This document shows positions 9,924-17,089 of a stretch of 64,000 bases of DNA, in pieces. Within the stretch, counting starts at the first letter, position 1; each line of letters opens with the position of its first letter. Under the pieces are notes generated by a model, which was given only the letters and a program-made list of their open reading frames with translations, was not told where the DNA came from and searched no databases. The position numbers and the translations under genes are program-made. The DNA comes from Bacillota bacterium (lineage in GTDB: Bacteria; Bacillota; Sulfobacillia; RBS10-35; Bu92). The stretch spans positions 16,263 through 80,262 of the forward strand of contig JADBKN010000020.1 of NCBI GenBank assembly GCA_014896375.1, written 5' to 3'.

Positions 9924-10634
9924 TCACGCCACCGACGAGGGCGCGGCGACCGCCACGAGGCGCATCATGGAGCCCTCGCGGAACACGTCCAGGGCGACCG
10001 GCTCGCCGGGTCCCGTCTCATGAAGGACCTGCGCCAAGTCCGCGTAGGTCCGCACCGGTTTCCCGTTCGCTCTGCGGACGATGTCGCCCGCACGCAGCCC
10101 GGCCTCATGGGCGGGCGATCCCTGCGCCACCTGAAGCACCAGGGCGCCGTCCGGAACGCCTCGATCCCCGTGATCCGTCCGCAGCGACACGTACGTGACG
10201 CCGAGCCGCACCCTCCAGAAGTTGGGACGCAGGTCGCGCCCCTCTTCGACGACGCTCCTAAGATTCTGCATCAGGAGCCCCATGCTGAACGACGCGCCTT
10301 CGCGCTGCAGCTGGCTGAAGTCGCCCAGGCCGAAGCCGGACATCTCCAGTCGCACGAGCGTCGACCCGCCCTCATCCTCAAGGGTCCAAGTGGTGCGCAG
10401 GCCGGCCTCATCCTGATACGCCAGCCGCGCAGGGGGATCCAGCTCCACGATCGTCCCCAGGTCCTTGATGCCTCCGTAATCCAACTCGATCCGCCCGCCG
10501 ATCCGCAAGTCGATGGCGGCGGACTGCGTCTCCCAGCGGTTGAGCTCCTCCGGGTCCGTAAGCGCTTTCCACACCCGCTCGCGCGGGGCATGGATGCGGA
10601 TCTCCCTACAAAACGACGTGCTGGTCGTGATCAT
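9924..10634 (-). CDS. SRPBCC (AHSA1/START-like) domain protein with a C-terminal PDZ domain
   Basis: REIRIHAPRERVWKALTDPEELNRW is AHSA1-like. C-terminal GALVLQVAQGSPAHEAGLRAGDIVRRANGKPV is a PDZ motif. The ATG at 10634 overlaps the arsR stop (ATGA). Confidence 0.75.
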   Translation of the reverse strand: MITTSTSFCREIRIHAPRERVWKALTDPEELNRWETQSAAIDLRIGGRIELDYGGIKDLGTIVELDPPARLAYQDEAGLRTTWTLEDEGGSTLVRLEMSGFGLGDFSQLQREGASFSMGLLMQNLRSVVEEGRDLRPNFWRVRLGVTYVSLRTDHGDRGVPDGALVLQVAQGSPAHEAGLRAGDIVRRANGKPVRTYADLAQVLHETGPGEPVALDVFREGSMMRLVAVAAPSSVA

Positions 10635-10975
10635 CCATTTCCATCCTCGTGATCTGCTGGCCGACCGTCTTTCCCACGCTCCACGAAATCCTTCAACCGG
10701 CGCAGCCGCTGATCCATCATCGCCTCCATCTCCTCTCGGATCCGTCGATAGGCGTCCCGCAGCGCCGCCTCGTCGGTGCTGTAGTAGCAGTACCGTCCCT
10801 CCCGCCGTTCGCGGATGAGGCCGGCTCGCTTCAGCACCTTGAGGTGCTTCACGACGGCAGGCTGGGAGATGTCGAACATGCCGACCAGATCCGATTGCGT
10901 GCACTCGCCGGCCGCCAGGCGCTGCAAGATCCGGCGGCGGACCGCATCCGACAGGACCCGGAAGACGTCCTCCAT
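10631..10975 (-). CDS. ArsR/SmtB-family transcriptional regulator
   Basis: VFRVLSDAVRRRILQRLAAGECTQSDLVGMFDISQPAVVKHLKVLKRAGLI is a winged HTH of the ArsR family. It shows the usual pairing with a downstream SRPBCC gene. Confidence 0.88.
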   Translation of the reverse strand: MEDVFRVLSDAVRRRILQRLAAGECTQSDLVGMFDISQPAVVKHLKVLKRAGLIRERREGRYCYYSTDEAALRDAYRRIREEMEAMMDQRLRRLKDFVERGKDGRPADHEDGNG

Positions 10976-10994
10976 CTCCTCGATCGCCCCGTTT

Positions 10995-11014
10995 ATATAA
11001 CCGTACGGTAATAT
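10995..11014. promoter_or_regulatory. 20-bp near-perfect palindrome upstream of arsR (candidate operator overlapping a -10-like element)
   Basis: ATATAACCGTACGGTAATAT matches its own reverse complement at 18 of 20 positions. It lies 20-40 nt upstream of the arsR start in an AT-rich patch. Confidence 0.45.
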
Positions 11015-11062
11015 TATGCGTCCAGCATGCCCATGGCTGGGGAGGATGTCAAGACCTTACAG

Positions 11063-11768
11063 TCTAGACCGATAAGTGTGTGGTGAACACGAGCGCGGCC
11101 AATGGCGGAAGCCCAAGGAGCATATTCGGACATCGATGTCAGGGTCTCCGGCCGGTCATCGATCGGCTGCTGTCGCGCGACGGGTCCGCTGCTGTGACGC
11201 GTACGCGATCATGGCCTCGCCGGTGAAATAGGGCAAATTTCTTTGCCTATTTTGCCGAGACACCGTGTGAGCGAGTAGATAAGCCAAAAAGGTTGGCCTA
11301 TCAGTTGACATAACGATGATTTTGGGGTGTAGGACGGGAAATAGGCCAAAGAATTTGGCTTATCAGAGGCTGGATCCGCCGTCTCATCGAAATAGGCAAA
11401 GAATTTTCGGTTATCGGCCCGTCGGCTGCGGGGGCTGCGGGGCTAAGGGGTATCCGGTGCCGGCCGGCGGGCGCAGAGCCCCGACGGCCGCAGAGCCCCG
11501 CAGCCCACGCGGCGGGCAGAACCCGGCGACCCGCCGGAGGCGTGCCAGTCCCGGCACCCGGCGGAGGCGAGCCGGGCCCGGCGCGCCTCGGAGCTCGAAA
11601 GGCGCGGCAGCCGAGCCGCCGCCGTCCAGACGGCTCTCAGCACTTTCGACGTGTGCCGTGGAACGACGGGAGCGGCGGAGCAGATGGCCCTCCCGGTGTG
11701 TGGGTATCGCACTCAACCCTTGACGCTTCTGCCGCTCTCTTCCTTCACCACACACTGATCGGTCTAGA
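11063..11768. mobile_element. MITE-like non-autonomous element (no credible transposase ORF)
   Basis: 25-bp terminal inverted repeats TCTAGACCGAT(A/C)AGTGTGTGGTGAA at 11063..11087 and 11744..11768, with one mismatch. A direct 9-mer GACCTTACA flanks it at 11053..11061 and 11772..11780. The left half has visibly lower GC. Confidence 0.6.
11228..11415. repeat. four copies of a ~23-bp palindromic repeat (consensus ATAGGCCAAA-N3/4-TTTGGCCTAT)
   Basis: Copies: ATAGGGCAAATTTCTTTGCCTAT (~11230), ATAAGCCAAAAAGGTTGGCCTAT (~11279), ATAGGCCAAAGAATTTGGCTTAT (~11341) and ATAGGCAAAGAATTTTCGGTTAT (~11392). They are spaced about 50-60 nt apart. Confidence 0.7.
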
Positions 11769-11798
11769 GCCGACCTTACAAGTGAGCCCAGGTGCGGC

Positions 11799-12494
11799 TC
11801 AGCCCAGATACCGCGTCTCCAGCGCGGTCTCGACGGCGCGGCCGCCCACGCGCTCCAGCCGGTAGGCTCTGGCCGCCGGCCGCGAACTCACGACCGCCTT
11901 GAGCTCGCGGTCGACGAAATGAAGGGCGGCGCCGTCGTCCGCCGCCCAGCCCGGCCCGATACGCCCCTCCTCAAGTAGGCGATGGAAGGCCGGCCGCCGC
12001 TCCGCCTCGCCGTCATAGTGCGGGCAGAAGCTACCCGGGAGGAAACCGAGCGCGGCGATGCGGTCGAGCCGCTCACCGTAAGAGTCCGTCACTCCCTCCT
12101 CGAACCAGCAGATGGCGCCGGCGCTGAGCCCTGCGAGCACCACGCCCTCCTCCCAGGCGCGGCGGAGGATGCGGTCCAGACCCCACTCCCGCCAGAGCGC
12201 GAGGAGGTTCTTCGTGTTGCCGCCGCCGACGTAGATCACGTCCTTCTCAAGGACGAACGCAGCCAGATCCTCCGTGGGAGGGCGAAAGAGCGAGAGGTGC
12301 GAGGGCTCGCAGTCCAGGCGGCGGAAGGCGTGGTAGAACCTTTCGACGTAGCCTTCGGCGTCGCCGCTGGCCGTCGGCACGAAGCAGACCTTCGGCGCCG
12401 GCTTGCCGCACTGCTGGAGCACGTAGAGATCGAGGAGGGGGTTCTCCGGCTCCATGGAAAAGCCGCCGCCCCCCATGGCGATGATCTGCCTCAC
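11799..12494 (-). CDS. peptidase E-like (S51 family) dipeptidase
   Basis: IIAMGGGGFS...VIYVGGGNTKNLL...LAGLSAGAICWFE...CPHYD matches S51 family motifs. Confidence 0.8.
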   Translation of the reverse strand: MRQIIAMGGGGFSMEPENPLLDLYVLQQCGKPAPKVCFVPTASGDAEGYVERFYHAFRRLDCEPSHLSLFRPPTEDLAAFVLEKDVIYVGGGNTKNLLALWREWGLDRILRRAWEEGVVLAGLSAGAICWFEEGVTDSYGERLDRIAALGFLPGSFCPHYDGEAERRPAFHRLLEEGRIGPGWAADDGAALHFVDRELKAVVSSRPAARAYRLERVGGRAVETALETRYLG

Positions 12495-12500
12495 GCGGCG

Positions 12501-12959
12501 TCACTCCCTGGTGCGTTCCGGTTCCAGGCTGTCCTTCCACATGATGATGGCGTCTTCGTTCGTGTCGGAGTAGTATCCGGGCCGGACGCCGCGCGCCACG
12601 AAGCCGTGCTTGCGGTAGAGGGCCTGGGCGACATCGTTGGACGGGCGCACTTCGAGGGTCATGCGCGTGCAGCCGTGGGCGCGCGCACGGTGTTCAAGCT
12701 CCGTGAGGAGCCGGTCGCCGATCCCCCGGCCACGCCACTTGGGGTTGACGGCGATGTTCGTCACGTGGGCCTCGTCAAGGATCAGCCACATGCCCGCGTA
12801 GCCCGCGACTTCGCCGTCCACGCGCGCCACGATGTAGTGGGCGTAGGCGTTGCGCGTCAGCTCCGAGACGAAGGCGCGCTCGGACCAGGGCGTGGGGAAC
12901 GACTGGCGCTCGATGCTCATGACGGCCGGCAGGTCGCTCAGCTGCATTTCCGTGATCAT
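12501..12959 (-). CDS. rimI: ribosomal-protein-alanine N-acetyltransferase RimI
   Basis: ERQSFPTPWSERAFVSEL...NIAVNPKWRGRGIGDRLL...LEVRPSNDVAQALYRKHGF. Located between tsaB and (displaced) tsaD. The track ORF extension to 13904 is rejected. Confidence 0.88.
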   Translation of the reverse strand: MITEMQLSDLPAVMSIERQSFPTPWSERAFVSELTRNAYAHYIVARVDGEVAGYAGMWLILDEAHVTNIAVNPKWRGRGIGDRLLTELEHRARAHGCTRMTLEVRPSNDVAQALYRKHGFVARGVRPGYYSDTNEDAIIMWKDSLEPERTRE

Positions 12960-13035
12960 CACGTCCAGAGGACGGTCCTGCGTGTTCTCGACGGCCACGC
13001 GCCGATCCCCCGCCTTTCCAAGGTCCTGCCAGACA

Positions 13036-13908
13036 TTATGCGCCCGGCGCGGTGCGGGGCGCCACGTGCGGCGGCGCGGCGTAGAGCGGCACCAGCGTGA
13101 GCGGGTCGCCGCCGCCGGCGCGCAGGCGGGCGGCGGCGAGCGCGGCCACGGCCTCGGCGGACACGCGCGCCGCCAGCGGCGCGCGCCAGAGCCGCAGCCC
13201 GCGTCGCGCCGCGGCCGCGGCCAGCGCCGCGGCGGCGCCCGGCGCGAGTTCGCCGTCGCCCGCCGCGCAGAGGACGGCGCGCCCCGCGCCCGCAGCGGCC
13301 TGCGCGGCGAGCTCCGCCGCCTCGGCCGACGGCATGCGCGCCGGCGGTGCCAGCTCCAGGGGTGCGGCATCGCCGGGTGCCGCGTGAGCGTGCAGCGCGC
13401 CGGTTCCAGCGGGCGCCGCGTCCTCGCCGGGAGCCTCGCCGGTGCGGGGCGCGCCGGGCGCGCCGGCCGCGCCCGCCCCACCCGGCGCCGCGCCTCCCGC
13501 GGGCGCGGCCGCGGCGTACACCGCGGCGAACACCTGTCCCCGGCGGGCGTCCAGCCATGCCAGCACAGCGCATTCGGGCCCCAGCCAGGGCCAGGCCAGC
13601 GCCTCCAGCGTGCCCACGCCCGCCGCGGGCAGGCCGCGGGCCAGCGCGAGGCCCTTCGCGCTGGCGATGCCGATGCGCAGCCCGGTGTAGGACCCAGGCC
13701 CCACCGTGACACCGACGCCGTCGAGCGACGACACGCTCCAGCCGCATTCCACGAGGCCGCGCTGCCATGCGGGGACCAGCGCCGCCGCGTGCCCCGGGCG
13801 GCCGGGGGGAAACTCCCGTGTGAACAGCCAGACCGTGCGGCCGCCTTCCCAGAGGGCGACCGACAGCGAGGCGCCGGAGGTGTCGAAGGCGAGGATGCGC
13901 TCACTCAT
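13036..13908 (-). CDS. tsaB: tRNA threonylcarbamoyladenosine biosynthesis protein TsaB, with an Ala/Gly/Pro-rich insertion
   Basis: MSERILAFDTSGASLSVAL...GVGVTVGPGSYTGLRIGIASAKGLA. Start 13908 overlaps the tsaE stop. The middle carries a long low-complexity AAAPAGGAAPGGAGAAGAPGAP segment. Confidence 0.85.
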   Translation of the reverse strand: MSERILAFDTSGASLSVALWEGGRTVWLFTREFPPGRPGHAAALVPAWQRGLVECGWSVSSLDGVGVTVGPGSYTGLRIGIASAKGLALARGLPAAGVGTLEALAWPWLGPECAVLAWLDARRGQVFAAVYAAAAPAGGAAPGGAGAAGAPGAPRTGEAPGEDAAPAGTGALHAHAAPGDAAPLELAPPARMPSAEAAELAAQAAAGAGRAVLCAAGDGELAPGAAAALAAAAARRGLRLWRAPLAARVSAEAVAALAAARLRAGGGDPLTLVPLYAAPPHVAPRTAPGA

Positions 13909-14410
13909 GCGGGTCGCCTCCACCGGTGCCGCCCGGCCAGGCTTCGAAGGCCTGGCGCGCGCGCTCCCACCACGCGCGGGAGCGCGGGCCGGACGGCGCC
14001 GCCTGCGCCCGCCGCGCCGCGCCGTCGCGTTCGAGGGCCAGCACGAGCCGGTCTTCCGGGAGGATCGACCAGGCCCTCTCCGGCCATTCCACAACGGCCA
14101 GCTCGGCTCCTTCGACGGCCTCGCCCAACCACTCGACATCCTCGGGCGCGGCGGCCTCCAGGCGGTAGAGGTCGAGGTGCACGGCGCGCAGCCGGCCGTC
14201 GTACTGCCTCATGAGCCCGAACGTGGGGCTCGGCACGCGGCCGGACCATCCCAGGCCGCGCATCACTCCCTGCGCCACGACCGTCTTGCCCACGCCGAGC
14301 GGCCCCACGAGCGCCAGGGCGCAGCCGCGTTCGGCCGTGCGCCCGAGCGCCTCGCCAAGGCGGCGCGCCTCCCCCTCGCTCATCAGCCGCACGTCCCGCT
14401 TCACCTCCAC
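13901..14410 (-). CDS. tsaE: tRNA threonylcarbamoyladenosine biosynthesis ATPase TsaE
   Basis: LALVGPLGVGKTVVAQGV...VPSPTFGLMRQY...HLDLYRL matches the YjeE/TsaE P-loop family. Confidence 0.88.
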   Translation of the reverse strand: MEVKRDVRLMSEGEARRLGEALGRTAERGCALALVGPLGVGKTVVAQGVMRGLGWSGRVPSPTFGLMRQYDGRLRAVHLDLYRLEAAAPEDVEWLGEAVEGAELAVVEWPERAWSILPEDRLVLALERDGAARRAQAAPSGPRSRAWWERARQAFEAWPGGTGGGDPHE

Positions 14411-14541
14411 CTAGACTAGCGCCGTTCGCCGGCCGTCGCCAGCCGCACCACCCCAAAGCGCCGCCCCGGCCCGAAGACGTATAAAGCGCCGCGCGGCGGA
14501 CCACGCTCCGCCGTGGAGACGTCTGTGGAAGGAGGAGGCCG

Positions 14542-14844
14542 ATGAAGCGGAAGTCGCCACCGTCGCCGGATGTGGTCTGGCTCGGCGCAGCGCTGGCCGA
14601 CGTGAAGGATGACATCTACCGCAACATGTTGGGCCTCGCGGCCGTCATGGAGGCGCTCGTGGCGAAGGGGATCGTCAGCCGCGAGGAGCTGTCCGCCGCG
14701 GCGCGCCGCCTGGAGGAGGACGCGGAGGCCGAGCTGGCCGGGCGGGCGGGGCCGGGGGCGGCGGGCGGGCACGCCGGCTCGGGCAAGGGCGAGCGCTGGA
14801 CAGAGGACGCCGGCGTGCAGGCTCCCCTGGGCCTTGGGCGTTGA
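14542..14844 (+). CDS. small hypothetical protein (100 aa)
   Basis: Strong SD GGAAGGAGGAGG 4 nt before the ATG. The first ~60 aa have non-shadow composition (DDIYRNMLGLAAVMEALVAKGIVSREEL). I recognise no family. Confidence 0.55.
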   Translation: MKRKSPPSPDVVWLGAALADVKDDIYRNMLGLAAVMEALVAKGIVSREELSAAARRLEEDAEAELAGRAGPGAAGGHAGSGKGERWTEDAGVQAPLGLGR

Positions 14845-14869
14845 GGCGGCGCCCCGCCGGAGGGAGCCC

Positions 14870-15778
14870 TCACGGGCGCGGCGCCCGCCGCAGCGCGCGG
14901 TACGCGTCGCGGATCTTCTGGAAGTCCTCCCACACCGCCGCCTTCTTCGACGGGTCACGCAACAGGGCCGCCGGATGGTAGGTGGGCATGATGCGCCGCG
15001 CTCCATGCGCATGCCAGATGCCCCGGACGCGCGTGATGCGCGCGTCCGGCCCCAGAAGCGCGCGGGCCGCGGTGCTGCCGAGCGCCACGATGATCGCCGG
15101 GTCGATGAGGTCGATCTTGCGCTCAAGGTACGGCCGGCAGGCGGCCGCCTCCTCGTCCGTGGGGGTGCGGTTGCCCGGGGGCCGGCACATCACCACGTTG
15201 GTGATGTACACCTCTTCCCGCGCGAAGCCGGCCGCCTTCAGGATGCGGTCGAGCAGCTCCCCGGCGCGGCCGACGAACGGGCGTCCAAGCTCGTCCTCGG
15301 TGGCGCCCGGCCCCTCGCCGACCAGCATCACCCGCGCGTGCGGATCGCCTTCGCCGAAGACGACGCCGCGGCAACCCTCGCGCAGGGCGCAGCGCCGGCA
15401 CCCCAGCGCGAAGGCCTGAAGCGTGGCGAGATCCGTGAAGCGTTCGAGCTCCAGGTAAAACGCCGCCGCCCTGGCGGCGCGGGCCAGGCGGCTGTCCGCG
15501 GCCGGCACCGCGCCGGCGGGCGCGCCGGCGCTCGCGCCCGCGCCCCGCGCCGCGCCCGCGCCCCGCGCCGCGGCCACCTCAAGGGCGCCGGCGGCCGTAG
15601 ACTTCAGCGCCTGCGAAGCGGCCGCCTCTGCGGCACCCGGCGTGCCCGCCGGAGCGGCCGGGGCCGCCTCCGGCCCCGCCTCCTCCGGAAAGAGCGGCAA
15701 GAGGATCTGCCCGGGCGGCGGCGCCGGCGCCCGGGCGGCGGAGTCGTCGTCAAACAGCGTCAACTGCATCGGATCCAC
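14870..15778 (-). CDS. uracil-DNA glycosylase, family 4, with a low-complexity N-terminal extension
   Basis: [47 protein letters not shown]...[14 protein letters not shown]...HPAALLR match family-4 UDG motifs. Confidence 0.88.
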   Translation of the reverse strand: MDPMQLTLFDDDSAARAPAPPPGQILLPLFPEEAGPEAAPAAPAGTPGAAEAAASQALKSTAAGALEVAAARGAGAARGAGASAGAPAGAVPAADSRLARAARAAAFYLELERFTDLATLQAFALGCRRCALREGCRGVVFGEGDPHARVMLVGEGPGATEDELGRPFVGRAGELLDRILKAAGFAREEVYITNVVMCRPPGNRTPTDEEAAACRPYLERKIDLIDPAIIVALGSTAARALLGPDARITRVRGIWHAHGARRIMPTYHPAALLRDPSKKAAVWEDFQKIRDAYRALRRAPRP

Positions 15779-15903
15779 GTGGGATGCTCCCCGTCCACGC
15801 TACCACAAGACGGTGCGCGGCGGCCGTGCCGGGCCGCCGCAGGAGCGCGCCTGGACCCGGCGGCACGGGCGCGCTCCGGGCCCCCGCGCTGCCGCACGCC
15901 GCG

Positions 15904-17076
15904 TTACTCCCCCGCCAGGATCTCCACGTTCGCCCGCGGGATCGTGATCGTCTCGCCGCTGTCGCGCAATTGCACCGTCACGACGCGCACCCGGGCCTCC
16001 GTCTCGATGGGCGTGAGCTCCGGCGGCAGCGCCGTGACGACGCCGAGGCGGCCGAAGAACGGCTCGCGGATGACGCGCACGCGCGTGCCGATGTCGAGCA
16101 CCGTGGCCTCGTCCTCGGGGTCGGCCGCGCCGGGCGCGCCCGCGTCCGCGGCGGTGGCCGCGGAGACCGCGGCAGCGGCGGCGGACGCCGTGGAGACGAC
16201 GACCTCCGGCCTCATCACGCCGGCGCGGATTTGCGTGGCGCCGTTGATCGAGGCCTCCCGCCCCTCCAGGCGCCGCAGGAGCTGGAAGGTGCGCTCGGCC
16301 ATCGCCATGGGGCCGAAACCCTCCGTGACGATGAGCGTCGCCGGCACGTCCTCCTGGCCGGTGATGGCCACGCCGATGTCGTGCCCCACGTACTCCACAA
16401 GGTCGACGTCGACGATGCCGCCGACCACGATCCCGGCCACGCCGACCTCCCCCGCCTTGCGCAGCGCGCCGCGCGTGACGAGGGAGCCGCCCACCACGAC
16501 GCAGCCCTTGTGCTCGGGCCGGATGCGCGTCTCGTCGAGCTCGTCCGTGGGCCGCTCGACGACCACCCGCAGCGTGCCGAAGCGCTCGCCGCCGACGCCG
16601 AAGATGCCCTGGATGAGGGCGCCCGACGTCTCCACCGTGACGCCCTCGCGCTCCAGGATCTCGACCACGCGGCCGTGGATGTACGCCTGGATCTCTACGG
16701 GGATCGGCGGCTCCCGCAGGGTCAGCTGCCCCGTCACCGTCGAGACGAGCTCGATGGTGCCGCTGATCGGCGAACGCACCTCCCGGGCGCCGAGGCCGAA
16801 GAAGCCGCGCGAGCGCGCGATCGGCTCCCCGGCCGCGACCGCCTCGCCCTGCTTCTTCAGCATGTAGTCGACGATGTCCGAGGGCTGGGCGCCGAGGAGG
16901 TTGGCGAGGTTCAGCGTCTGGGGGTTGCCCGGCAGGAGCGCCCGCGCGACGACCGTGTCCGGGCGGACCGTGTCTCCCGCGCGTACGAGCACCTCACCCG
17001 GGATGGGCAGGCGGCGCGTCTTGCGGATGCGCGTGGAACCGGTGACCTTCAGTCCGGGTGTGTAGGCGCTGGCCAC
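15904..17076 (-). CDS. uncharacterised partner protein B (390 aa; barrel-sandwich-like N-terminus, KOW/SH3-like C-terminus)
   Basis: Paralog of 19748..21097. Shared blocks: RRLPIPGEVLV, GIFGVGGER.G.LRV, ITGQED...TEGFG, LEGR.ASINGATQ.RAG, RVR.I.EP.FG..G.V. Starts 13 nt after the GlmL-like B stop. Confidence 0.85.
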   Translation of the reverse strand: MASAYTPGLKVTGSTRIRKTRRLPIPGEVLVRAGDTVRPDTVVARALLPGNPQTLNLANLLGAQPSDIVDYMLKKQGEAVAAGEPIARSRGFFGLGAREVRSPISGTIELVSTVTGQLTLREPPIPVEIQAYIHGRVVEILEREGVTVETSGALIQGIFGVGGERFGTLRVVVERPTDELDETRIRPEHKGCVVVGGSLVTRGALRKAGEVGVAGIVVGGIVDVDLVEYVGHDIGVAITGQEDVPATLIVTEGFGPMAMAERTFQLLRRLEGREASINGATQIRAGVMRPEVVVSTASAAAAAVSAATAADAGAPGAADPEDEATVLDIGTRVRVIREPFFGRLGVVTALPPELTPIETEARVRVVTVQLRDSGETITIPRANVEILAGE

Positions 17077-17089
17077 GTCCCGTCCCCCC

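Noticed and set aside
11228-11415. CRISPR array interpretation of the four repeats
   Set aside because: The repeats are imperfect, internally palindromic and only four in number, with unequal spacers of ~25-35 nt. No cas genes or leader are present in the window.
11316-11723. 135-aa ORF (and antisense ORFs) inside the MITE-like element as a transposase or cargo gene
   Set aside because: It has Arg/Pro/Gly-rich shadow-like composition, no SD and no DDE/HTH motifs, and it crosses the boundary between the low-GC and high-GC halves.
14609-16867. 752-aa plus-strand ORF
   Set aside because: It spans the opposite strand of the UDG gene and partner protein B. Its composition is dominated by Arg/Ala/Pro/Ser runs, so I treat it as a shadow ORF.
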